DNA of 64,000 nucleotides from assembly GCA_964487545.1 (NCBI GenBank), contig CAZARI010000010.1, positions 284 to 64,283 on the forward strand, in the 5' to 3' direction. Shown here in pieces: positions 1-8,922 of this stretch (position 1 is its first letter; the number at the start of each line of letters is the position of its first letter). A program made the position numbers and the translations under genes. This DNA comes from an uncultured Cryomorphaceae bacterium (GTDB lineage Bacteria > Bacteroidota > Bacteroidia > Flavobacteriales_D > SKUL01). Below the pieces are notes generated by a model. The model was not told the origin of the DNA and ran no database searches. It saw only the letters and a program-made list of their open reading frames with translations.

Positions 1-82
1 ATTTCTGCTCTGAGATTGATTTCATTTCGTAAATTTCGGCTTTGATTAACAAGGAAACCGAAATCATAATTGTTTTACCTCC

Positions 83-1282
83 ATGAAGAAATCTGTACTT
101 TTTTTAATCGCTGGCTTGTCTTTCACATCCGCGGCGTTTGCCCAATGTGGTAATGACTATGGCGTTTTGGTCATCAATGAGTTTATGGCCAGAAATATTG
201 TTTATACCGACCAGGACGGAGAGTTTGACGACTGGGTAGAAATTCACAACACATCCGATGAAAACATCAACCTTCAAGGCTACTTCCTATCTGATGGGCA
301 TAGCAACCGAACCAAATTTCAATTTCCAGATACGGTAATTGACGGAGGCGGATATATCGTGGTGTGGTGCGATGGCGATATAGAACAGGCGGGATTACAT
401 ACCAGTTTTAGCCTGAATGGTACTTTGGGCGAACGACTTGTTCTTTCAAATCCCGACACAGTGGTGATCGATCACTTTGATTTCGGTTCTGTGGATAATA
501 TCAAGTCGTTTTCGAGATATCCCAATGGACACGGACCCTTTCGATTTGCTATTCCCAGCCCAGATGCGCCAAATAACGAAACCGATTATCGTGGTTTAGT
601 GATTAATGAATTTTTGGCCATTAACGACAATTCAGGAACAACAGATGAATATGGTATTGCCTTCGATTGGATTGAGCTTTATAACAACCGCGATATTCCA
701 TTAAACCTCGCTGGATATTTTCTTTCTGATAAATCGAATACGCCAGAAAAGTACCAGTTTCCTGATCCCACCATTTTGGCTTCGGGAGGTTACATCACCG
801 TTTTCGCTGCAGGTGCCGAATTCACCGGTTTGTCTGATTTTCACGCTGGGTTTTCGCTTTCGGGCGATGGTGAATACGTGCATTTGTACAACAAGGACAC
901 AGTGACCTTAGATTATGTGAAATTCGGACAGCAACTGCCCGATGTTTCGGTGGGTCGTTATGAAAATGGCACGGGTCCATTTCGTTGCTTGGTTCCTTCC
1001 TTCAACGAACCCAACGTGCTCAGCACAGTGAGCGTAGAAGAAATTGAACTGACCAAAGAGCTTATGTTTTCGGTTTATCCGGTTCCGGCAACCAACTACA
1101 TCAACATTCAGCTTACCGATACGGACAACGGGGTGGCCTATATTTTCAACACACTGGGAGCACATATCACCAGCTATGCCTATCAAGGCGACGGACCCCA
1201 TTATATCGATCTATCTGATTTTGAAAAAGGTGTGTATCTCATTAAAATCGGAACGGCTACCAAGCGGTTTATCGTGCAGTGA
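83..1282 (+). CDS. Secreted tandem lamin-tail-domain (LTD) protein with type-A T9SS C-terminal sorting domain
   Basis: 399-aa ORF with signal peptide MKKSVLFLIAGLSFTSAAFA. Two LTD-like modules (VINEFMA..DWVEIHNTS..INLQGYFLSD and VINEFLA..DWIELYNNR..LNLAGYFLSD). C-terminal SVYPVPATNYINIQL..GVYLIKI..KRFIVQ resembles a Por/T9SS secretion tail. Motif recognition only. Confidence 0.75.
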   Translation: MKKSVLFLIAGLSFTSAAFAQCGNDYGVLVINEFMARNIVYTDQDGEFDDWVEIHNTSDENINLQGYFLSDGHSNRTKFQFPDTVIDGGGYIVVWCDGDIEQAGLHTSFSLNGTLGERLVLSNPDTVVIDHFDFGSVDNIKSFSRYPNGHGPFRFAIPSPDAPNNETDYRGLVINEFLAINDNSGTTDEYGIAFDWIELYNNRDIPLNLAGYFLSDKSNTPEKYQFPDPTILASGGYITVFAAGAEFTGLSDFHAGFSLSGDGEYVHLYNKDTVTLDYVKFGQQLPDVSVGRYENGTGPFRCLVPSFNEPNVLSTVSVEEIELTKELMFSVYPVPATNYINIQLTDTDNGVAYIFNTLGAHITSYAYQGDGPHYIDLSDFEKGVYLIKIGTATKRFIVQ

Positions 1283-1394
1283 TGAAGACGTACAACTTTT
1301 GATTTAAAGCCGCGTCTTTACTTTGAAACTTCGGTAAAACCTGCAAGATTTCCGAAGTAATAAACAAGGAAATTTAACCTGAAACCCAATCACT

Positions 1395-4300
1395 ATGACC
1401 AACTTATCGTTCCTGAAAAGACTCTTTTTACTATCCCTCTTTTCATGTATCAGTTATTTTGTTTCTGCGCAAGTAGTCATCAACGAGTATATGGTCACCA
1501 ACCTATGCTCACCACACAACCCTAATTCCATTACCGATAATTTTGGCGAATGTGAAGATTGGGTTGAGTTTTATAATACCTCGGGAACACCTTTCGATTT
1601 ACAAGGTTACTACATCACCGACCGGTTGACCAATCTTGACAAATGGCAGTTTCCCGCAGGATCTGTAGTTCCAGCTAACGGCTTTCTTAGAATCTGGCTC
1701 TCTGGCCGACCTGCTGTGCCTTTTAATCTGGCCAACATCCACGTAGATTTTAAACTGGGTCAGATGGATGATAATGAGGTTGTTGCCTTGGTTGATCCGG
1801 ATGGAAGTACCATCGTTGACATGCACATGATGGATGAACCCACCCAACTGGGGCATACCAGAGGGCGCCTTCCCGACGGTGCCGATAACTGGGTTATTTT
1901 TACCACACCCACCATTCAGGCCTCAAACAACGCATCAACAAACTATGCTGACTATGCCCCGCGGCCCATTTTCAGTCAACCGGCTGGATATCACGGTGGA
2001 GCCATCAATCTGGAGCTTTCACTGCCCGATGCCAACCCCGATTTCATCATTCGCTATACACTCAACGGAACTTTTCCAACCAATGCATCTCCAGCTTATA
2101 CTGGTCCGATTAATCTGAGTACAACCACCGTGGTAACTGCGGCGACTTTCAGTACAGATGGAAATTTCCTGAGAAGTTTCTATGAGTTCAGTACTTTCTT
2201 TTTTGGCGCCGACCAGCATACAATGTACACGGCTTCGGTTTCGGGAGACCAGATGCTTACTTTAATGAACGGTAGCCAGATTATACCGCTGACAGCACTT
2301 CAATTTTTTGATGAAAACGGCCAGCGAATTTCAAAGAGCTTCGGCGATACCAATAAGCACGGCAATGATAGTTGGGCTTATGACCAACGTGGATTCGACT
2401 GGATTGACCGCGACAAGATGGGATACAGCGATGCAACACACCTGAAACTTTTCAGGGGAAAAGACCGCGAAGAATTTAAACGCTTTATGTTTAAGGCGGC
2501 TGCCAACGATAATTACGACGCCACCTATGGAAATCCTGCTCACATTCGCGATGTATTCGTGATGTCGCTTTCACAGGTAGGAAATCTCGATTTGGACGAG
2601 CGAACTGCTGAGTTTTGTGCGGTGTATGTCAACGGACAATACTGGGGAGTATATGACTATCGCGAAAAAGTGGACGACTGGCAATTTACGGAATACTACT
2701 ACGGGCAAGGTTTGCACGATATTGATTTTCTCAAAACCTGGGGAGGCACCTGGGCAGAATACGGCAGCGCGAACGACTGGAACGCTTTGCGCAATTTTAT
2801 CCTGTCAAACGATATGACCAATCAGACCAACTATGACTATGTAAAAACGCAGCTTAACGTCATGAGTCTGATCGATTATTTTGCGATCAACACCTGGATT
2901 GTCTCTGCCGACTGGCTCAACTGGAACACCGGCTGGTGGAAAGGAAACAATGAATTTGGCGATGCCCAGAAGTGGAGGTATATCCTTTGGGACATGGATG
3001 CGTCTTTTGATCATTACACCAATTATACCGGCATTCCAGATACGGGGCCCACTGCTGACCCCTGTTTTGGCGAGCAAATGAGTAACCCAGGCGGACAAGG
3101 GCACACCAACATTGTTCAAAAACTGTTGGAAAATGAAGAGTTCTTCAACACCATGATGAACCGCTACATGGATCTGCACAACACCGTGTTTAGCTGTGAC
3201 TTTGCCATTGCCCATCTGGACAGTCTCATCAATATTATCGATCCTGAAATGCCCAGACAGATTGCCCGCTGGGGTGGATCATACAATCAGTGGCAAGCCA
3301 ACGTGCAGATGATCCGCGATTTTATCTTGGAGCGCTGTGAGTATTATGTCGAAGGAATGGAAGATTGCTACGATGTAGAAGCAGTTGAAATAACCGTGAT
3401 GATCGAAGGAGAAGGAGAAGTGCAACTCAACTCAATTACCATTACTCCCGACATGCAACCCTGGACCGGAACCTATTTTATCGATGTTCCGATTGACTTG
3501 ACTGCCATTGAATATGCAGAAGGCACTTTCCAATTTTGGGAATCGCTCACTGGCGACCTCGGAATCGGCGATGGAACCGATTTTGAAATAATTCTCACTC
3601 CCGAGGGCAACATTATTATCGTAGCCCACTTTATTCCGCTTGAAAAGCATGAAGTAACCTTTATTGTTGAACCGCCAGGAGCCGGACAAATTGAACTTGA
3701 CGGGACCCTTCTCACTGCTTATCCCCACACCGATTCACTTTCTGCCGGGGTTGAACACAACCTCCAAGCCATTGCTGCCGACGGCTGGGGATTCTTGAAC
3801 TGGGAATCTACTGCCCATCCGGCCGAGGTATTCACCCCTGATGTTGATGCCGAAAGTGCCGGCTATACGCTCGAAATGCCCGATACAGTAATTGCTTATT
3901 TTGAACAGCTACCTGTAGATATCACCATCGAAGTAGATGATCCTGGAACAGGACAGGTGATCATCAACGGCGTTTTAATAGAAGATTATCCTTACACCAC
4001 AACGTTTTTGCCAGGTGATCTGATCAACCTCCAAGCCGTACCGGCACCGGGATATCAATTTGCCGGCTGGACCTTCCAAAACCACGTTTTCCCCGATCTC
4101 GAAAGTCTGTTGCTGGCGTTTGAAATTACAGAGGGAGATGTCATTACGGCTTATTTCACGCTGCAAACCGATTTTGAAGTGGTGATTATGACCTCACCAG
4201 AAAACTTCGGTACCGTAGAACTTGACGGATCGGATCTCGGATCCTATTGGGAAGGCATATTGTCAACCGCCGAAAGTTATGCGCTGCGGGCAGTAGAGGC

Positions 4301-4982
4301 GGGGCCATTTTATGAATTTGTGGGATGGCAGTCGGTTAATGGTGCCACTTTCGCCCTCAGTGCCGATATGGAAAACGTCACGCTTACCATCACACAACAA
4401 GACACCATCATCGCCCAGTTCGTAGAATTACCCAATTATGCGATCACTGTTCGGGTTGAACCTGAAGGTACCGGCCGTGTAATGCTCGATTGGGTGATAT
4501 TGCCTCACTTGCCTTGGTCAGGAAATGCATTGGCCATGGATCACACCGACTTCAAAGCCATTGCACATAACGAATGGAAATTCAGCCACTGGACTACTCA
4601 GGCCCATGCACCATCACCTAACCCAAAAGTTGAGGAAATGTGGATTGATCTTATAGGCCCGGATGAAATAGTGGCACACTTCGAGCCGCGCGAATTTGCA
4701 TTTTATATGCCCACATCGTTTAGTCCAAATGGAGATGGAATCAACGATATATTCCGTCCGGTAGGAAACGAGTGGAATCCAGTAAACTTCCGAATGCAGA
4801 TTTTTAACCGACTGGGAGAATTGATATTCGAAACCACCGATCCACTGCAAGGCTGGGATGGGTCGGAAACTTCACAAACGCATTATGCTCAGGTGGAGGT
4901 TTATGTATATCAAGTTGAAGTTCAAAATGCCATCAACAGTAAAAATGAAATCTTCACCGGTCATGTTACCGTGTTGAGATAA
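1395..4982 (+). CDS. CotH-family (atypical kinase-like) protein: N-terminal LTD, CotH core, five InlB-B-type repeats, type-B T9SS (gliding-motility/CHU_C) C-terminal domain
   Basis: 1195-aa ORF with a signal peptide. LTD motif VINEYMV..DWVEFYNTS..FDLQGYYITD. The central region (about aa 270-650; HIRDVFVMSL, YVNGQYWGVYDYREK, RYILWDMDASFD) matches my memory of CotH. Five tandem ~87-aa repeats follow. The C-terminus FSPNGDGINDIF..GHVTVLR is typical of a type-B CTD. Confidence 0.8.
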   Translation: MTNLSFLKRLFLLSLFSCISYFVSAQVVINEYMVTNLCSPHNPNSITDNFGECEDWVEFYNTSGTPFDLQGYYITDRLTNLDKWQFPAGSVVPANGFLRIWLSGRPAVPFNLANIHVDFKLGQMDDNEVVALVDPDGSTIVDMHMMDEPTQLGHTRGRLPDGADNWVIFTTPTIQASNNASTNYADYAPRPIFSQPAGYHGGAINLELSLPDANPDFIIRYTLNGTFPTNASPAYTGPINLSTTTVVTAATFSTDGNFLRSFYEFSTFFFGADQHTMYTASVSGDQMLTLMNGSQIIPLTALQFFDENGQRISKSFGDTNKHGNDSWAYDQRGFDWIDRDKMGYSDATHLKLFRGKDREEFKRFMFKAAANDNYDATYGNPAHIRDVFVMSLSQVGNLDLDERTAEFCAVYVNGQYWGVYDYREKVDDWQFTEYYYGQGLHDIDFLKTWGGTWAEYGSANDWNALRNFILSNDMTNQTNYDYVKTQLNVMSLIDYFAINTWIVSADWLNWNTGWWKGNNEFGDAQKWRYILWDMDASFDHYTNYTGIPDTGPTADPCFGEQMSNPGGQGHTNIVQKLLENEEFFNTMMNRYMDLHNTVFSCDFAIAHLDSLINIIDPEMPRQIARWGGSYNQWQANVQMIRDFILERCEYYVEGMEDCYDVEAVEITVMIEGEGEVQLNSITITPDMQPWTGTYFIDVPIDLTAIEYAEGTFQFWESLTGDLGIGDGTDFEIILTPEGNIIIVAHFIPLEKHEVTFIVEPPGAGQIELDGTLLTAYPHTDSLSAGVEHNLQAIAADGWGFLNWESTAHPAEVFTPDVDAESAGYTLEMPDTVIAYFEQLPVDITIEVDDPGTGQVIINGVLIEDYPYTTTFLPGDLINLQAVPAPGYQFAGWTFQNHVFPDLESLLLAFEITEGDVITAYFTLQTDFEVVIMTSPENFGTVELDGSDLGSYWEGILSTAESYALRAVEAGPFYEFVGWQSVNGATFALSADMENVTLTITQQDTIIAQFVELPNYAITVRVEPEGTGRVMLDWVILPHLPWSGNALAMDHTDFKAIAHNEWKFSHWTTQAHAPSPNPKVEEMWIDLIGPDEIVAHFEPREFAFYMPTSFSPNGDGINDIFRPVGNEWNPVNFRMQIFNRLGELIFETTDPLQGWDGSETSQTHYAQVEVYVYQVEVQNAINSKNEIFTGHVTVLR
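3381..4690 (+). repeat. Five tandem, diverged ~87-aa coding repeats (Listeria/Bacteroides InlB-B-type) inside the CotH gene
   Basis: Repeat starts: ITVMIEGEGEVQLN, VTFIVEPPGAGQIELDG, ITIEVDDPGTGQVIINGV, VVIMTSPENFGTVELDG, ITVRVEPEGTGRVMLD. Each ends in an aromatic-x-F/W-x-x-W motif (FQFWES, FLNWES, FAGWTF, FVGWQS, FSHWTT). Boundaries are approximate. Confidence 0.65.
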
Positions 4983-5015
4983 ACTAAAATATGGTTGTCA
5001 ATCCAATTATCAAAA

Positions 5016-5046
5016 AATCCTGTGTGGCTTTCACACAGGATTTTTC
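5016..5046 (+). terminator. Rho-independent terminator downstream of the CotH gene
   Basis: Perfect 11-bp stem AATCCTGTGTG / CACACAGGATT (5016-5026 / 5032-5042), 5-nt loop, then a T-run. Confidence 0.8.
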
Positions 5047-5106
5047 GTTTATTGTGCCGCCGGTGAAATATATCGGAAAACCAAATTACGAACCATCACA
5101 CATTTC

Positions 5107-8100
5107 ATGAAAAAGAATACCCTCATTCTGTTAACCCTTGTCCTACTTTCTGTCAATGGGTTGGTTGCTCAACAGCAATCCGATATTTTTTATTCCGGAA
5201 GACTATGGGTTCAGTTAGACCCTGCTTATACCAAAACCCTAATCGCTGAAAAACGTCAAGTTGGTCTTCAGGGTTTTCTCGATGCAATCCAACTCAACGA
5301 CAACAGCGATTTGCAAATTGCCAAGGTCGAAAAGCCGTTTTATTTTGCACGCACTGCCAATATCAGTGAAGTTTATACCGTATTTTTTCAGGAAGAAGGA
5401 AGAGAGGAAGAGTTTGCACGTATGCTCCAACAATTTCCCGCCGTTAATTATGCCGAACGCGTCCCGATTATCCGGCCAACTTTAATGCCCAATGACCTAG
5501 GTTCGGCCAGTGGGCAAAATAACCAATGGGGGTTGTGGAAAATCAATGCACCCGACGCCTGGGATATCAGTACGGGAAGCACAGATATTACGGTGGCTAT
5601 TGTAGATGACGCGGTGCTGATTACGCATCCTGATCTTATCCCTAATCTAGTACCCGGCTATGACGTGGCCGACGATGATAACGACCCCATGCCCAACGTG
5701 GTGGCCATGTCGCACGGTACACACGTTGCAGGAATTGTCGGAGCGGCTACCAACAACGGCATCGGAGTGGCCTCGATTGGTCACAGCCTTAAAATTATGC
5801 CGGTAAAAAGTTCCAATGTTCCGCAAACCATTTCCGACGCCTATTCCGGCGTGATTTGGGCGGCAGATAACGGCGCAGATGTCATCAACATGTCGTGGGG
5901 AAGTGAAGGCTACAGCAATACCGGCCAGAACATTATTAATTACGCCTACAATGCGGGCTGTGTGAATGTAGCCGCAACCGGAAACGATAACATGTCAAGC
6001 GTTTTTTATCCGGCCGGATACAACAATGTGCTCAGTGTTTCCAGCACCAACTCCTCCGATAGCAAAAGCGATTTTTCAAACTACGGATCTTGGGTAGATG
6101 TATCCGCACCCGGTAGCCAGATACTGAGCACTTATATCGGTCAAAATTTTGCACCGACGTACGCCTCTAATTCTGGAACATCTATGGCTTCGCCGATGGT
6201 GGCCGGGTTGGCCGGGTTGGTTCTTTCAGTCAATCCCAACCTCAGCATTGAACAGGTGATGAACTGCATCACGTCGACGGCTCAGGATATCACCTCCATC
6301 AACCCAAACTACGTGGGCCAACTGGGTGCCGGTCGAATTGATGCCTATCAGGCCATGCTTTGTGTACAGGCTACCGTAAATGCGCCTCCCGTGGTCGTTA
6401 TTAACGCCAGCAGCGAGGTGATTTGTCCGGGCAGTCTGGTTCATTTCTCAGGCGCTTCGGCAGGAGGTTTTCCCGACGACTATCTATGGTCATTTCCCGG
6501 TGGAAATCCAGCCTCATCAACAGATCCTAACCCTGTAGTATCGTATGCTGCCGTAGGATTTTATGATGTATCGCTAACCATGAGCAATCAATTTGGCTCC
6601 GACCAGCAAATCATCAACGGAATGATTGAAGTATCAACCAACGGAATAGCCGTCATTTTTTCGGAGGATTTTGAAGCGCAAACACTTTCAGGTGCGGGCT
6701 GGACACTCGACAATCCGGATAACGGAATAACCTGGGAAATTACAACGGTTGGCGGCTCCGAAAGCGGAAGTAAAGCTGCTGGAATCAATCTGTATAGCTA
6801 CAATTCACCGGGGCAGAGAGATGGCATGGTTTCGCCTCCTATCAACCTGGCATCCAATAATAACGTTACCCTTTCGTTTGAGCACGCACACCGCAGATAT
6901 TCGGCCGATTACTCCGATTCATTAATTGTGTATGTTTCAACCGATGGTGGAAATTCCTTTCCAAATCGGGTATTGCAAGTTGCTGAGACCGGTGCGGGTA
7001 CCTTCGCCACAGGAACCCTGCTCGGTGCCAATTTTGTTCCCTCTTCCAGCGGCGACTGGTGTTTTATGGGCGATGTTGGTGCATCCTGCTTTTCAATCGA
7101 TTTGTCTGATTTTGATGGTGAACCGGATGTCAGAATTAAATTTGAAAGTTATAACGGATACGGCAACAACATCTACATCGACAATGTAGCATTGACCGGA
7201 AACTGTTTGCTCACCAATGAGCCACCAGTTGCAGCCTTTAGTGCATCTGCCGTAGCAGTTTGCACAAGCGAATCCATTCAGTTTTTTGATCAGAGTGCCA
7301 ATGTACCGCTCACTTTTAACTGGACTTTTGAAAACGGAACCCCCGCCACGTCAAACCTTGCAGCACCCGTGGTGAACTGGTCACAACCCGGAACCTACAC
7401 CGTTACGCTACAGGTTACCAACTCGCTCGGATCGGATATAATTGTTTATGAAGACTATATCATGGTGAGTAATGCGCCGGAGGTAGAGGTGAACGCATCC
7501 GAAATAATTTTGTGTCAAGGGCAAAGTGCTACTTTGGAAGCATCAGGTGCCGACGAATATACCTGGAGCCCAAATGTGGCGCTGTCGTCAACCACTGGAT
7601 CCAGTGTAGAAGCTTCTCCCACGGTTCCTATTACCTACACAGTAACTGCAATGCTGAATGGTTGTTCTGCTCAGCAAACCATCGCTTTAGACGTGCTGCC
7701 TTCACCAAGCAATCCGCAAGTTATTTCGCAAAATGAAATCGCCTTCACCGTACTTTCTCCAGCTATTAGCTCGGGCTATTACGGTTATTCGACTACCTCA
7801 TCCGCACAAGGTTGGGGCAATGGATCGCTGAATGCGGTTTCGGTCGAAAGCCAGATGGTTTTGGCAAGGGATAATGCTGCCGCTGATTCGCTGCTGTGCA
7901 ACACCGCGATCAACGCTTCAGAAATTGCCGGAAACATCGCGGTTATCTACCGCGGAAATTGCGAATTTGGAACCAAGGCCCTGAACGCTCAGGCAGCAGG
8001 AGCTGTGGGAGTAGTGGTCATTAATAACGTGTCTGGTGCCCCGATCGATATGGGTGCAGGAGCAGCTGGTAGTTCGGTTACCATTCCGGTGATCATGGTA

Positions 8101-8847
8101 AGCGATATCACTGGAGCCCTCATCAATGCAGCCATTCATGCCGGCGAGGCAACGGCAGTAATGGGACAATTCAACGGTGGAGATTTCACGATTTGTCCTG
8201 GAGAAACGGTGCGCTTGGCAGCGCCCGGCGGGTGGAACGATTATCTATGGTCTAACGGTGAGGGTGGTGCAGTGCTCAATATCTTTGAAGCTGGCGACTA
8301 CTCGGTGGAGGTATTTTCCGATAACGAATGCAGCAGCTCATCTGAGGTATTTACTGTGTCGGAGTTTACCACCCAAATACCGGTTATCGAAACCGATGTT
8401 TCGGGCGGATTAATCGTCAATAACATTGCCGCCGGACCGTTTACTTGGTACTTTAACAATAACGAAGTAGCCGGAGTAACAGGCAATTTACTACCCAATC
8501 CTGAAGCAGGAATTTACCATGTAACCTATATCGACAACAACGGCTGCGAAGTCATGTCTGATCCTTACGAAGTCGTGGTCACCTCGGTCGTAAATCATTC
8601 AGACGGCGCTGTGCAGATATTTCCTGTTCCTGCAACCGATCGCGTAACCGTGAGCTGGAGTTATGCTGAAGTCGCTACCCTGCAAGTATTTGCTGCGGAT
8701 GGAAAAGTGGTCTTTGCTGCCGATGGAATTCCTGCGAATCAACAGCAAATCGACATTCCTGTGAACGCATGGGCACCTGGAGTCTATATGGTCAGAATTT
8801 CGGGAGATAGCGGAGTGTATACGGGTAGATTGGTTAAGAATCAATAA
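5107..8847 (+). CDS. Multidomain S8 (subtilisin-family) serine peptidase with PKD/Ig-like modules, PA domain and type-A T9SS C-terminal domain
   Basis: 1246-aa ORF with a signal peptide. Catalytic triad contexts AIVDDAV (Asp), HGTHVAGIV (His), SGTSMASPMVAG (Ser). PKD-like segments (VSYAAVGFYDVSLTMSNQFG, WSQPGTYTVTLQVTNSLG). PA-domain-like IAVIYRGNCEFGTKALNAQAAGAVGVVVINN. C-terminal IFPVPATDRVTV..GVYMVRI..GRLVKNQ. Confidence 0.9.
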   Translation: MKKNTLILLTLVLLSVNGLVAQQQSDIFYSGRLWVQLDPAYTKTLIAEKRQVGLQGFLDAIQLNDNSDLQIAKVEKPFYFARTANISEVYTVFFQEEGREEEFARMLQQFPAVNYAERVPIIRPTLMPNDLGSASGQNNQWGLWKINAPDAWDISTGSTDITVAIVDDAVLITHPDLIPNLVPGYDVADDDNDPMPNVVAMSHGTHVAGIVGAATNNGIGVASIGHSLKIMPVKSSNVPQTISDAYSGVIWAADNGADVINMSWGSEGYSNTGQNIINYAYNAGCVNVAATGNDNMSSVFYPAGYNNVLSVSSTNSSDSKSDFSNYGSWVDVSAPGSQILSTYIGQNFAPTYASNSGTSMASPMVAGLAGLVLSVNPNLSIEQVMNCITSTAQDITSINPNYVGQLGAGRIDAYQAMLCVQATVNAPPVVVINASSEVICPGSLVHFSGASAGGFPDDYLWSFPGGNPASSTDPNPVVSYAAVGFYDVSLTMSNQFGSDQQIINGMIEVSTNGIAVIFSEDFEAQTLSGAGWTLDNPDNGITWEITTVGGSESGSKAAGINLYSYNSPGQRDGMVSPPINLASNNNVTLSFEHAHRRYSADYSDSLIVYVSTDGGNSFPNRVLQVAETGAGTFATGTLLGANFVPSSSGDWCFMGDVGASCFSIDLSDFDGEPDVRIKFESYNGYGNNIYIDNVALTGNCLLTNEPPVAAFSASAVAVCTSESIQFFDQSANVPLTFNWTFENGTPATSNLAAPVVNWSQPGTYTVTLQVTNSLGSDIIVYEDYIMVSNAPEVEVNASEIILCQGQSATLEASGADEYTWSPNVALSSTTGSSVEASPTVPITYTVTAMLNGCSAQQTIALDVLPSPSNPQVISQNEIAFTVLSPAISSGYYGYSTTSSAQGWGNGSLNAVSVESQMVLARDNAAADSLLCNTAINASEIAGNIAVIYRGNCEFGTKALNAQAAGAVGVVVINNVSGAPIDMGAGAAGSSVTIPVIMVSDITGALINAAIHAGEATAVMGQFNGGDFTICPGETVRLAAPGGWNDYLWSNGEGGAVLNIFEAGDYSVEVFSDNECSSSSEVFTVSEFTTQIPVIETDVSGGLIVNNIAAGPFTWYFNNNEVAGVTGNLLPNPEAGIYHVTYIDNNGCEVMSDPYEVVVTSVVNHSDGAVQIFPVPATDRVTVSWSYAEVATLQVFAADGKVVFAADGIPANQQQIDIPVNAWAPGVYMVRISGDSGVYTGRLVKNQ

Positions 8848-8922
8848 CCCCATTCAGACAACTAAACAACAAATACTGAGTCATTGATAAGAAGTTTTTA
8901 TCAACTATTAAACAGTACCGCC

